DNA from: Octopus vulgaris
Lineage: Eukaryota
Assembly: GCA_951406725.2 (NCBI GenBank)
Contig: OX597833.1
Location: forward strand, 46,004,001 to 46,068,000
Direction of reading: 5' to 3'
DNA length: 64,000 bases
Position numbers and translations under genes: made by a program. The notes beneath the pieces were generated by a model. The model saw nothing but the letters and a program-made list of their open reading frames with translations, ran no database searches and was not told where the DNA came from. Numbering within the stretch: the stretch's first letter is position 1; the number at the start of each line of letters is the position of its first letter. This document shows positions 26,100 through 39,575 of the stretch, piece by piece.

Positions 26100-26505
26100 G
26101 GTGCCGGAGTGGCTGTGTGGTAAGTAGCTTGTTTACCAACCACATGGTTCCGGGTTCAGTCCCACTGCGTGGCACCTTGGGCAAGTGTCTTCTACTATAG
26201 CCTTGGCCGACCAAAGCCTTGTGAGTGGATTTGGTAGACGGAAACTGAAAGAAGCCCGTCGTATATATGTATATATATATATGTATGTGCGTGTATGTTT
26301 GTGTGTCTGTGTTTGTCCCCCTAGCATTGCTTGACAACTGATGCTGGTGTGTTTATGTCCCTGTTACTTAGCGGTTCAGCAAAAGAGACCAATAGAATAA
26401 GTACTGGGCTTACAAAAGAATTAGTCCCGGGGTCAAGTTGCTCGATTAAAGGCGGTGCACCTGCATGGCCACAGTTAAAATGACTGAAACAATTAAAAAG
26501 AGAAA
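26100..26505 (+). mobile_element. SINE family A, full length, young
   Basis: CpG-retaining copy close to the apparent consensus. Confidence 0.9.
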
Positions 26506-28675
26506 AAAGAGAAAGACATATATATATATATATATATATTGTCAGTAAAACAAATCCCCAAAAAGAAGCACAGTCTAAGTTATAGAGAAGTAGAATGCAT
26601 ATATATACATATATAGACATGAAGGTCTGTGGGGTTAGCTTGGGTTTTATGTGCATAAAGGGCTTAGCTTTACAGCATTTCTTCAGCATCAGGGGGTTAA
26701 GAAATACTGAAAAGTTAAGTGCCTTATGGACATGAAACCTGGTAGTGCTGGTGCTACACAAAACCATTGTAAAGTGGTTGACATTAGGAAAAGCCATCCA
26801 CCTATAGAAACCTTGCCATAGACACTGGAACCCAATGCAACCCTCTTGCTCATTGGAGCCTGTCGAATCTGTGCTAACATGGAATTATCATCATTATCAT
26901 CATTTAATGTCTGCCTTCCATGCTGGCATTGGTTGGACAGTTTGACTGGAGCTGGCCTGCACCAGACTTCTGTGTCTGTTTTGGCATGGTTTTTACTGCT
27001 GGATGCTCTTCCTAGCAGGGTGGACAAGAATATGAATGTTAAATGGTGATGATGTATATATAATGAATGTATGTATGTATATATCAACAATTAATATATT
27101 ATATGAATTGTTGTCCCACCCATGCTAGCATGGAAGGTGGATATTAAATGACTATGATGATGGTGATGTTATACATATTTTTATATTAAATGTTTTTATA
27201 TTAAATAAAAGATTTGAAATGGCAAAAAAAAATTTACTCGATACATTTAAGGAAAGTTGAAATATAAATCTACTTATTTTACAACTATGAGTTAATATTT
27301 TAATTTGTAGGGTGGAAAACTTGCTTTCCAAAATCATTTGATATAAACACCAGCACATTTTGCCTAGAAGGCAAAAGAGATGACATTTGTCAGGAATTTC
27401 TTGTTTAATATTCTGTATATCTCAAAACTGCTAATCAATATATACTCTAATTAATATATACTCTAATCAATATATACTCACATACAGTTATAGTGTATGT
27501 ATATATGCATGTATTGATGTAATCATGAATATATTCATCTTTGCAAATATAAACTCACATACAGTCATACAAAATTCATATTTTTGACTTCAGTATCACC
27601 CATCTTCACTTTTATAAACGGTTTCTAAATATTTTTCTGTTCTCATCTTCATCATTGTAGTTTCAAAATAACTTTGAGTTCTTTGAGCATTAATTTCTAT
27701 TGTTCTCATGTTTTTTTTTTTTTTTTTGCTATTTTTTTGTCACTTTAAAAAAAAAAATAAAGTTTTGTTGACTTCACAGCTGATGTTTTAATAACTGTTA
27801 AGCTACAGGGGTTTTGCTGTTTGTTTTAACAACAATATTATTACATCATTATTGTCATCATCCATATTAATACTACTATTATCCATATCATCAAGGTTAT
27901 TGACCATAGCTTTGATGTTCATAGTTGCCTTTGTTGTCTGTCTCTGCACTTTGACCTCAACCGAAAACCTATTGTCTTTGTAAATGTGTATGGGCATAAC
28001 TTTTCAGCCTGGATCCATGTTTATTGATGACATTACCAGACCACAGCTGCTTGACACAAAAGGCACACTAAATTGTATTTTGGTCCTGTTTAATGAAAAT
28101 ATGGCCAAAACAAATAAAAATGACAAAATAGTAATAATAATAGTGACAATAATAATAATAATAGATATAATAAAGTTTTTACTAAAATTAATGTCATAAG
28201 AAGGTGGAGCACCAAAATATTTTATTTAAATGCATTGTTATTTTTTAGTGATTTTTATTACAGTCATGGTAAATATCATGGTAAAAATTAAAAAAAAATT
28301 TTTTTTTTACAAATTCTCAGATAAACTCAACAAGACTATCAAAATCTGTTCTGTTTCCATCCTATTTAAATAAGAGATGCTATTTAACTCTGGGTTGATA
28401 GTGGTTGAACATGTATCTATGATCAAAGGCATTTTAGCTGTCACTGTCCTATTGTTGTTGTTTTTCAATCATAGTGTATGTATGTATGTATGTAATCCTG
28501 AATATATTCATCTTTGCAAATGCTGTATGTTGTATGAAGTCAACAAAATTCTGGTGACTGGAATTCACAACATGACTTTTATTTCCTCTCATGTCCATTT
28601 CATTAGGAAATAACTTTTCCTATAGATATACAGGTTTGACACTGTAAACAGGAAAATAGAACTCAAAACATGATT

Positions 28676-28676
28676 T

Positions 28677-28735
<59 letters not shown>

Positions 28736-28800
28736 TGTGTGTGTGTGTGTATGTATGTATGTGTGTGTGTATGTATGTGTGTGTGTGTGTGTATGTATGT

Positions 28801-28838
<38 letters not shown>

Positions 28839-29057
28839 ATATGTGTGTGTGTGTGTATGTATGTATATATGTGTGTGTATGTATGTATATATATATATGT
28901 GTGTGTGTGTATGTATGTATGTATATATATGTGTGTGTGTGTATGTATGTATGTATATGTGTGTGTGTGTGTGTATGTATGTATATATATGTATGTGTAT
29001 GTATGTATATATATGTATCTATGTATATATATGTATATGTATGTATGTATATCTATG

Positions 29058-29126
<69 letters not shown>
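28676..29126. repeat. Compound (TG)n/(TA)n/(TATG)n microsatellite, ~450 bp
   Basis: Directly visible; source of several spurious ORFs. Confidence 0.97.
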
Positions 29127-29137
<11 letters not shown>

Positions 29138-29269
29138 TACATGCACACTTCCACATCCATCCTGTTGAGTTTATTATTCTGGCTCTCAAGGTTTTTTGCT
29201 TGTTTCTTCCTTCCTTTTTCTTGTTTTGAAAAACACTGAAATATTTTTGTTTTTTTATTTCTCCCATAG

Positions 29270-29390
29270 GTTGCCATTAAATACATAAAGCTCAACAAAA
29301 TTCGGCACAAACAAGACCTCAATAAGATCCGTCGGGAGATTAAAATCTTATCAATTCTAAGTCATCCCAACATAATCAATGTTCGAGAAG
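29270..29390 (+). CDS. NUAK1: NUAK-family kinase, first visible coding exon (probably exon 2): VAIKYIKLNKIRHKQDLNKIRREIKILSILSHPNIINVRE
   Basis: Polypyrimidine tract and ccatag acceptor; GAAG/gtaggt donor; 121 nt, phase 0 to 1. Encodes the VAIK lysine, the alphaC glutamate (RREI) and the HPNII motif of AMPK-related kinases. Confidence 0.93.
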
Positions 29391-29473
29391 GTAGGTGTCC
29401 ATTTTTGATATTTTGAATCCTCTAATTTTATTTTCCCCTGTTTCCACTATATATACATATATATATATATATG

Positions 29474-29519
<46 letters not shown>

Positions 29520-29554
29520 CATACATGACTGTCTAATTGAAACACATTCATTCT

Positions 29555-29922
29555 TTTCTACTCTTTTACTGACTTTTAGTCGAGCAAATCGACTCCAGGA
29601 CTTATTCTTTGTAAGCCGAGTACTTATTCTATTGGTCTCTTTTGCCGAACCGCTAAGTTACAGGGACGTAAACACATCAGCATCAGTTGTCAAGCGATGT
29701 TGGTGGACAAACACACACAAACATATACACACACACATACATATATATATGTATACATATATATACAACGGGCTTCTTTCAGTTTCCCTCTACCAAATCC
29801 ACTCAAGGGCTTTGGTCAGCCTGAGGCTATAGTAGAAGACACTTTCCCAAGGTGCCATGCAATGGGAATGAACCTGGAACCATGTGGTTTGTAAGCAAGC
29901 TACTTACCACACAGCCACTCCC
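29555..29922 (-). mobile_element. SINE family A, antisense, ~165 bp downstream of exon 2
   Basis: Reverse-complement match to 26100-26505. Confidence 0.88.
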
Positions 29923-30122
29923 TATCTTTTTGTTTTCTCTCCACTTCTTTTCTTTCTGTAGAAAAGTTGTATACTTAAAATCTAAAAGACTTTTCTTTCT
30001 ATTTTTCTTGAGCGTAAACCTAATACACTCTTTTTTTTTACCTCATCTGTGGGATTTTTTTAACTATTTTTGCATCATATACAGATACATACACACATGT
30101 CTGTTTATTATGTACCATGTGT

Positions 30123-30410
30123 GAAGGCACGTGGCCTAGTGGCTAGGGTGTTGCACTTAGCCTTTAGATAATGGGTTCGATTCCTTGAACCAAGTGACAG
30201 ATTGTGTTCTTGAGCAAAATACTTCATTTCATATTACTCAGCTGTAAATGAGTAACCCTGTGACAGACTAGCTTTCTGATCAAGGGGAATGTTAGCTTGC
30301 TCACCAAGTTAATGGGATGACATCATACAAAAGCTAAAATGATGCAAAGCGCATTGTGATCAGCGATGTATAACAACATCCGGCAGTCTGATTGATTACA
30401 TGACCACATG
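30123..30410 (+). mobile_element. tRNA-headed SINE (family C-type tail)
   Basis: GAAGGCACGTGGCCTAGTGG...GGTTCGATTCC head; tail matches 1840-1924. Confidence 0.75.
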
Positions 30411-31090
30411 ATTACATACCATTTAGTAATTTTCAAGCAACCATCTTAACCACCCACACACACTCACACACACACACACACATGGTTGTGCCCGAATGGT
30501 CAAATGGTATCAGTATGGAAGACTTCTTTGTGGTAGTGTGTGCTGCTTCTTTGTAGGTAGTAATTTTAGGTTTTTTATTCTTAGCTAATGGGATGATATC
30601 ATACAAAAGCTAAAATGATGCAAAGTGCATTGTGACCAGCGATGTATAACAACATCCGGCAGTCTGATTGATTACATGACATGATTATATATATCATTTA
30701 GTAATTTTCAAGCAACCATCTTAACCATTCACACAGTTGTGCCCAAGTGGTCAAATGGCATCCTGCTTCTTTTACCGGTAGTAGTTTTAGATTTTTTATT
30801 CCTAGCTAATGGGATAGCATTATTTAAATGCTAAAATGATACAAAGCGCATTGTGATCAGTGATGTATAACAACATCCGGCAGTCTGATTGATTACATGA
30901 CCACATACCATTTTAGTTGTTTTCAAGCAACCATGTTAACCACACACACATACATGGTTGTACTCGAATGGTCAAATGGTATCAATAAGGAGGACTTCTT
31001 TGAGGTAGTGTGTGTTGTCTCTTTGCAGGTAGCAGTTTTAGCTTGTTTTTTTTTTATTTATTGTTTTTTTTTTATTTATTGTTTTTATTC
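30310..31090. repeat. Tandem triplication of a ~220-280 bp unit (SINE tail plus flanking DNA)
   Basis: TAATGGGAT...GATGTATAACAACATCCGGCAGTCTGATTGATTACATGAC...CAAGCAACCAT...GGTCAAATGG starts at about 30310, 30587 and 30807. Confidence 0.9.
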
Positions 31091-31649
31091 ACCTAAACTG
31101 CATTCTGGAGAACTTGTTCTAAACTACCTGTTCATTTTATTGCAACCCACACTGTCAAGATCTTTTTACTTAGAACGTTTAAATACAAACTTCAAAATTA
31201 CATTCCTGTCACCCTTGTATAACTACATTCCAACTAAGCCTGCCTTTTTTTTTCTTCTTTTTTTTTCGCACATTAATTATTATTTATTTTATTATTATTT
31301 TATTATTTCTGTATCATTACTTCTCAATTTCACCATTAATAGGAGATTGCCACTAAGATATACTGAATCTTAAAAAAAAAAAAAAATGTCATACATGTAA
31401 TGTATGCACATTCACACACACACACATACAAGCATGACACATACACCTTCGATCATAGATCAGTTTGGTCTGAGCTGACCTAGGGTCACAAAAACAATTT
31501 AGTAACAATCAGGTGTTTACCAATTTTCTCTCAAATCATAACCTACTACTTTAGACAAATGAAGCACCTTGCTGTTCTCAAGAAGAGCCATCCTCTACAG
31601 CAGAAGTGTTAATGCCACTCACCCCTGCTGGAAAGGATTGGCCTGTAAG

Positions 31650-31996
31650 AGCCCTGTGCTGGCGCCACATGATAGTGTCCATGCCAGGATTTCATAAAAG
31701 TGCTTGTGCCCATGCCATGTAAAAACCACACGGTACACTCTGTAAAGTGGTCAGCATTTGGAAGGGCATCCAGCTTTAGAAACTAGGCTGAATCAGACTA
31801 GAATCTGGTGGAGCTCTCTGACTTGCCAGCTCTGGTCAAGCCATCCGACTCATGCTAGCATGGAAAATGGACAGTAAAGTATGATGATGGAGCATTGGAT
31901 AATATAGTCACTCAGGGCAAGTGTCTTCTACTATAGCCTCGGGCCAACCAAAGCCTTGTGGGTAGATTTTGTAGACGGAAACTGAAAGAAGCCCAT

Positions 31997-32056
<60 letters not shown>

Positions 32057-32285
32057 TGTATATGTATGTGTTTGTTGTTTGTGTCTGTGTTTGTCCCCCA
32101 ACATCACTTGACAACCGATGCTGGTGTGTTTATGTCCCCGTCACTTGGCAGTTCAGCAAAAGGAGACCAATAGAATAAGTACTAGGGTTACAAAGAATAA
32201 GTCCTGGGGGTCGATTTATTCGACTAAAGTTGGTGCTCCAGCATGACTGCAGTCAAATGACTGAAACAAGTAAAAGAGAGTAAAA
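31650..32285 (+). mobile_element. Family E element (31650-31890) followed by SINE family A (31915-32285)
   Basis: E: GGAAGGGCATCCAGC...CATGCTAGCATGGAAA...(GAT)n. A: standard motifs. Confidence 0.75.
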
Positions 32286-33205
32286 TGAGTATTATATGAG
32301 TACAGGACATCACCAAACTGTAAACAACTGAATAAAAGATGGAATGAGTGGCCATGGCTCAAACTCTACCTAACTTTGATCTAAGGTCAGGTCCATCAGT
32401 TTGATCAGACCAGCACCTGAGCCAAACAAGAATCACTGCCACTCTCACCGCCACTTAGCATTTTCATTTCAGTAACATTTTTTTTCTTCTTTTCTCTCCT
32501 ATTTAACCTGCAAGCCAAGTTTGTCTGAACTCTTCCTATCTGCAGTCAACCATGGCAGTACTTAAATATCTCTGTCTGATAAGATAGAATCTTAGAGCTT
32601 TTGTATATATATGTGTGTATGTCTGTTGCTTTTTCTTTTTTTCTTTTCCTTTTTTTTCTTCTGTTGTTTGATTTTAATTGTTTGCTAATGAATACTTTTG
32701 TCTTGGTGACTCTTATTGCAACTAGTAGACTAAACTATACTAACTAACCTTAAATGAACAGAGTGGAAGTTTGAAATTTTACTGGTTCCTTCTTGCTTTT
32801 CCTTTCCATTATTACCATTTTCTTTGTTTGCTTTGATGTTGAATGTTTCTGTGAATTTTTCCTTTGTTTTTTTGTTGTTTTTTTTTCGTTTCTTTGTTTT
32901 CTTTTTTGGTAGATGAAGGATTTTTTTTTCTTCTGTATACTTTGACTCATTTTAGAGGTGGAAATATTTGCATGCACTTGTGTGTGTGTGTATGTGTGTG
33001 TTTTTGCAGGGGCAAGCAGATTTCATGTTGGTTCACTATTACGTCTGAACATTCATGCACATCTGTGGAGCATTAATCTAACTCCAGGTCTACCTTGACT
33101 GAGCAGACATATGGTGAAAGTCATTCCAGCTATATGGCCATCCCATCTTTTACCAATGTCCAGGGGCCAATCACTTTATCAACCTTTTCTAAAATAGTGC
33201 TACTA

Positions 33206-33246
<41 letters not shown>

Positions 33247-35802
33247 CTGGTGTTTCTAGCAGATTGAACTGCTATGTAGGGACTCCCACATTGGGTTGCA
33301 TGTGATGGCAGTTATTCTCTTTTATGCGCATGCATGTGAGTAGATGGAGGTCTTATGTGCAATGGTAGAGTAATTTTCTTTTGTGTACACATGCTTAGTT
33401 GTATATGTGTGTCTAATGGCATGTATGTGTAATGGTATGTAATGGTATATACGTTGGTAGGTATGTAGCTTGTAAAATTAGGTTTAGACATTAGCTGAAG
33501 AAAAAAAAGAATCGTAGTTAATACAGCCTTGATATACATACCACCTTTTAACACACATTCGCTGTTACAGTCAGATTCTGAAGCACATGTGCTCACACAT
33601 GCATGCATGTTTCTTTCTTTCTTTCTTTCTTCCTCTCATTCTCTCTTACTTTTCTTGCTTTCTTCCCCCACCCCACCCACCGACACACACTTTCTCTACT
33701 CTCTGGCTTTCTCCTCTATCTTTATATCCACCCCCCTCCACCTTTACAAAATAATTGTTGAAATACCTTTTCTTTTTGGCAGCAGTTTGGCAGAGTCGTT
33801 AGAGCATTGGAGAGAATGTTTTGTGATATTCTTTCTGGCTCTCTGCACTTTGAGTTCGAATCCTGCTGAGGTCAGCTTCACCTTTTACTTCTTTGTGAAG
33901 CAACAAATGGAGTATCACTCCAGTACTTGAGTTGATTCTTTTCACTCACCACCACCACCAAAAAAAAAAGAAGTTTTTACCATACTGGCTCTACTTGTAT
34001 AAAATGCTGCAGATATACTCTGTCATGACTACTACTGCCACTCCATTAGGAGTGAGGGTCACTCTCACACTATTTCTGTATGCCTGTATAACAAGAAACA
34101 AGTGTAAACCACCAATACATGTCTAATATTTGGCTGGTCGGAAATTTACTTCCCAACCACATGGATTTTGGTTCAGTCCTACTGCATGGCACCTTGGGCA
34201 AATTGTCTTCTATAACCTCAAGCCAACCAAATCCTTGATTTGTTTTGGTGAATGGAAACTGAAAGAAATCCATTATATATACATATGTATATATGTATAA
34301 AAGTCCTGGGGTTGACTTGCTGGACTAACCACTTTGAGGTTGTGCCTTAGTTGCCGTGGCCACAGGCCAACAAGAAACACATAGAAGATAGAAGATATAT
34401 TTGTTTTGCAATTGTTAACAAAGGGCTTATGAGGTTGAGGGGTCTCCTATGGCTCAGTGGATTAGAGTAATCACATACACAAAAAAGAAAATCTTCTCTG
34501 TGATAGACCAGTGTTCTGTCGGGAAGAAAATGTGAAGAGGTCTCATTGCCCAATACTACAGAAGATGGTGGAACATGCTGGCCCTGGGTATTCTTGCTAT
34601 TTGGAGGGCATACATCTCACCACCACAACCAAAAAAAAAAAAAAAGGAAAACACTATTTCAGTAGGACATGTTTTAATTATGAGAGTAGTGATATGTGTA
34701 CATTTGTAGGTGTTCAGTAATTATTATGGACTTTAAATGGGTGGAGGGTTTCCAATTTTCTAGATTGATGTGTTTTTCTATTGTCATCACTGCACTGAAG
34801 GCAGTAATCTGGAAGAACTGTTAAATCATTGGAATAATTACTTTACAATATCTCTTCTGGCTTTTTATATTCTGAGCTCATAATCTGCCGTGGGCAACTT
34901 TGCTTTTCATCCTGTTAGGGTGGATAAAATAAAGTATCTGTCAAATACTAGAATTAATGGTGACAACTAGCCTCCTTTCACTCAATACTGCTGGTCTTGT
35001 TTAAGTCCCTGTAACTTAGCAGTTCAACAAAACAGATTGATAGAATTAAATACTTTTGATAAAAGTGTTGATCTCAATACTTGATTTTGATAAAAGAATG
35101 AAATAAGTTATAAATGTGATTCATTCTACTAAATGTTCTTGGAGGCGATGCCCCAGCATGGCCACAGCCTAATGGTTGAAACAAGTGAAGGATAGCCGGT
35201 GAAAGGGTTTTACCATTATGATACCATTATACACACAGACACACACACACTCACACTGGTATCCCTTTTGGCATTTATTGAATTCTTTATAAAATAATTT
35301 TTTACTATTTATATATTTATCAAAAAAAAAAAAAAAAGGCAAGTGGGGACAGAGAAGGGGCTGCAAGCATAATAGGGTCACATGACTCACCTATTTTAAC
35401 CCTCTTCCCATTCCATTCACATTTATCACACAACCTTCTCTTTTCCTGTTCACTTCATTCAGCTGCTGACATATATACTTAATATTCTCTTTCTCCCCTC
35501 ATACTTCATCTATCTGTCTGACTGTCTGTCTGTGTCTTTGCCAGCATGGCATTCATTCCCTCCCACACCATACTCTCTCTCTCTATGGTTTTTTCCTTTT
35601 CTTTTTTCTGTCTCTCACATAGTCTGCACTATTGACTCATCCCCTCTCTTTTCTGACTCATTCACCCCACTTACCCTAGAATATTTCCTTCTCTTCTTGG
35701 AAACTATATTTGGTACTCTTTAGAAAGAAACAATGTTGGTCTTCATTGGGCACCACAGCAATAGTGTTGTGGACTGGGCTGGGCTGGACTGATGAATTAG
35801 TG

Positions 35803-35840
<38 letters not shown>

Positions 35841-35935
35841 TGCCTATTTAAGGTTATAACTTCATCTTTCCTCTTTTTCAATTTTTTATTTCAATAAATC
35901 TGTTCCTCTCTTTCTCTTATTATATAATGCATGTA

Positions 35936-36208
35936 CAGATAGATAGATGGATGGATAGACAGATAGATAGATAGATAGACAGATAGATAGATGGATGGCT
36001 AGACTGATAGATGGATGGCTAGACTGATGATAGATGGATGGATAGACTGATAGATAGATAGATGGATAGACAGATAGATAGATGGATAGACAGATAGATA
36101 AATAGATGGATAGACAGATAGATGGATGGATAGACAGATAGATAGACAGACAGATAGACAGACAGATAGATAGATAGATAAACATATAGATAAACAGATA
36201 GATAGATA
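35936..36208. repeat. Compound (GATA/GACA/GATG)n microsatellite
   Basis: Directly visible. Confidence 0.95.
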
Positions 36209-37874
36209 GAAAAGGTTGGCTGTTAACTGAAAGGTTAGTGTTTCGTGCCCACCCAGGGACGCAAGTGTTTTTAAGGCAGTGCCCCAGCATGGCTGCAGTC
36301 TAAATGACAAACAAGTGAGAGATAAAAAAAAAACAAAAAAAAAAGAAATATAGATAGATTGATATGTAGGTAGGTGCAAACATGACTGTGTGGTTAAGTT
36401 TTGTTTTCCAGCCACATGGCTTTAGGTTCAATCCCACCGTGTTCTTTACAATAGCTGCTTTAAGCTGGCCAAAACCTTGTGAGATTTGACAGAGGGAAAC
36501 TGAAAGACACCCATCATATATAGACGTGTGTGTGTGTATTTGTGTCTCCTCATCTTGACATCAACTTATTGTTGCAAATGCATATCATTCCTTTCCAATA
36601 TTCTGCGGAAAGCGGAAATATGTCTGGTCATGGGGAAATATTACCTTGCTTGGAAACAGGGTAGGGTTGGCAACAAGAAGGTTATGTAGTTGTAAGATAT
36701 CTACCAAAGTCGACTTTGTTTTTTATCCTTTTAGCATTGATAAAATAAGTACCCATTGAGCACTAGTATCAATGTACCCTTCCCCTGAACTTACTGGTCT
36801 TGTGCCCAAATTTGAAGTCAATGTTATGTCCATTGTGTGTGCTTTGAACTTAATGCTCCAATCTGGTTTTAGCCATGTTAATTAAAACTAAAGATATATA
36901 CATGCACCATGGAACACTTCCATAGTCAACATATTAGTATTAATGTACAAATAGACTGTTTTGTACCCGCCAACAAATTGCATATTACATGTAAACAGAA
37001 ACCATGGCTCAGATCCAATGACAAGGTGGCAAAGTAGAGCTGAATAACTGCTGTTTCTCTTTTCACCTACCTGTTTACCCTTAAAACAGGATGGTATGAA
37101 TTTAGAATTGCAAAGAGAAATTCAGACAAAAAAAAAAATAAAAAAATAAATAAAAGCACCTGTTAATTATTCAAAATGCAAAATTCTTCCTACTTACAAA
37201 ACTGCTCACCTAACAAACATTATGGCTTCTATTTGCAGCTAGATGGACTTTACTATTTGATTGTTAAATGTTTTGTGTGGGAGAGCATTGAATAATATCT
37301 GTAACTTGATAGAAATCATTGAATCTTTAATGAGAAACTTGACACTCTGTTCACTATTTGCACCTCTTTCTCTCCCTATCTTAAAAATCTATGCACACAC
37401 ATACACACACACATGCAGACACACACACACACGTACACACTCACAAATGTGTGTATATATAACTACTATGTTAAATTCATGTTTCAAATAGATTATCTGA
37501 ATATATACAAAATCATAGACATGGTACAGATTTAATGAGCTCGTTACCTAATTATTGTCATCATATAATGTCTGCCTGCTATGCTGGCAAGGGTTGGGCC
37601 ACAGTTGTGTATATATATATATTTGTATATATCAAAAAAAGAACAGTGTGTGTATCTGTGTGTGTGTGTGTATGATAGCAGGCAAGATGAAACTGCCAAC
37701 TTTGTCCTTGTAAAAGTTACTAAATATATACTCTACTAAACGGTTCTAACTAATCCTTCATTTTAATGTTTTTGTATATAATTTCACATAATAACAAACA
37801 TAAAACAAATCAGGTATATATGTGTGTGTGTATACATTATATATATAATATATATACACACACACACACACACG

Positions 37875-37905
<31 letters not shown>

Positions 37906-38221
37906 TAGGAAATTAAGTTTTGCCAGCCAGTACCGTCTGACTGGCCCTCATGCTGGTGACATGTAAAAAGCACCTACTACATAGGTGTGTCTGTGTTTGT
38001 TCCCCTCCCCTACATCGCTTGACCACTGATGTTGGTGTGTTTACGTCCCCATAACTTAGCGGTTATGATGCCGATAGAATAAGTACCTGACTTACAAAGA
38101 ATAAGTCCAGCGGTCGATTATTTTTTTTTTCATCTAAAAGGTAGCGCTCCAGCATGGCGGTAGTCAAAGAACTGAAACAAGTAACAGAAAAAAAGAATAT
38201 ATATATATATGGGGGGGAGTA

Positions 38222-38515
38222 CCATCCGAGCGTGGCCGTCAGCCAGCCTCGTCTGGCACCTGTGTCGGTGGCACATAAAAAACACCATCCGAGCGTGGCC
38301 GTCTGCCAGCCTCGTCTGGCACCTGTGTCGGTGGCACATAAAATCACCCACTACACTTTCGGAGTGGTTGGCGTTAGGAAGGGCATCCAGCTGTAGAAAC
38401 ACTGCCATATCTGACTGGCCTGGTGCAGCCTTCGGGCTTGCCAGACCCCAGTTGAACCGTCCAACCCATGCTAGCATGGAAAGCGGACGTTAAACGATGA
38501 TGATGATGATGATGA
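38222..38515 (+). mobile_element. Family E retroelement (RTE-type (GAT)n tail) with 62-63 bp internal tandem repeat, young
   Basis: Two copies of ACCATCCGAGCGTGGCCGTC...GGCACATAAAA, then GGCGTTAGGAAGGGCATCCAGC...GGACGTTAAAC(GAT)n; relatives at 12520-12640, 51940-52100 (-) and 58060-58270. Confidence 0.8.
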
Positions 38516-38802
38516 TATATATGTGTGTGTGAGTGTGTCTCTATGTATGTATATATAAATCCTTAAAAATGTTTCAGCCCGAAGGCTGCGGCCTTAAAGA
38601 AGAAAAAAGGTTTTAAAAATGCAGGCAGATACGTAAATATAAGAAGGTAGAGAGAGTGATCAAAATTGAGGTTTGGGGAAGATTTCCACTTCAATAAATA
38701 TAATAAGACTTAGTATCTTGTATTATTCTCTTTTTTCCCCTGTTTGCTCACTTTTTATGTCCAAACATAACATGCATGGCCATACATATATGTGTAGGTA
38801 TT

Positions 38803-38833
<31 letters not shown>

Positions 38834-39327
38834 CTCAAAGTGGCCTCACATTTCCCATAAGTGCTTGAGAACATGTCCAATTATATATTCTACTCTTACA
38901 TAACTTCAGTTTACAGTAGCAACAACAACAACAGCAAGATCTACTTAAAATCTTGTAAAACTACAAGTTTAATTGAAACTTAGCTTAGTGATTAATTGCG
39001 TAAAAGAAGAAATAAATTACACACAAAAAAAAAATAGAAAAAAAAAAGACAGGAAAAAAAAAGCACTGAAGGTTGAACAAAAATCCTGGTCATTTTGACA
39101 TAATTTGGCAGATGTTTCTCTCTCTTTCTCTTTTGCTCTCTGTCCCTCTCTCTTTTCCTCTCTACTCCCCTGTTTCTTTCTTTCACTCTTCCTTTCTCTC
39201 CTTTGTTCCAATCTCTTGATTCCTTCTTTAGTTTGTTTTTTCCTTTTTTTATTTTTGCTTTTGACTTTTGCTTTCTGCTTTTGTTTTGTTTTGTTTATTT
39301 CTTTCACTTTTTTCTCTTTTCATTCTT

Positions 39328-39374
<47 letters not shown>

Positions 39375-39504
39375 TTTTCTCTTTTGCTTTCTCTCTTTTT
39401 TTTTTTTACCCTTTTTCTCTTTTCTGAAATTTGCTTTTTCTTTCCTTCCCCTCTTTCTCTCCTCTCACTAGCTTTTTTATCCTTTTCGCTATCTTTTCTA
39501 TCCT

Positions 39505-39575
<71 letters not shown>

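Noticed and set aside
1-29269. Search for NUAK exon 1 (GxGxYGKV Gly-rich loop)
   Set aside because: No ORF or splice-bounded segment encoding it was recognised by eye. SSVYGKV in the minus-strand ORF 26689..27090 is on the wrong strand and inside a repeat.
28589-29322. Long ORFs of 130-185 aa (YIYI/CVCV/HTHT-rich), and similar ones at 35886-36415, 39105-39641 and 22940-23215
   Set aside because: Translations of microsatellites or polypyrimidine tracts that simply lack stop codons; no protein motifs or splice context.
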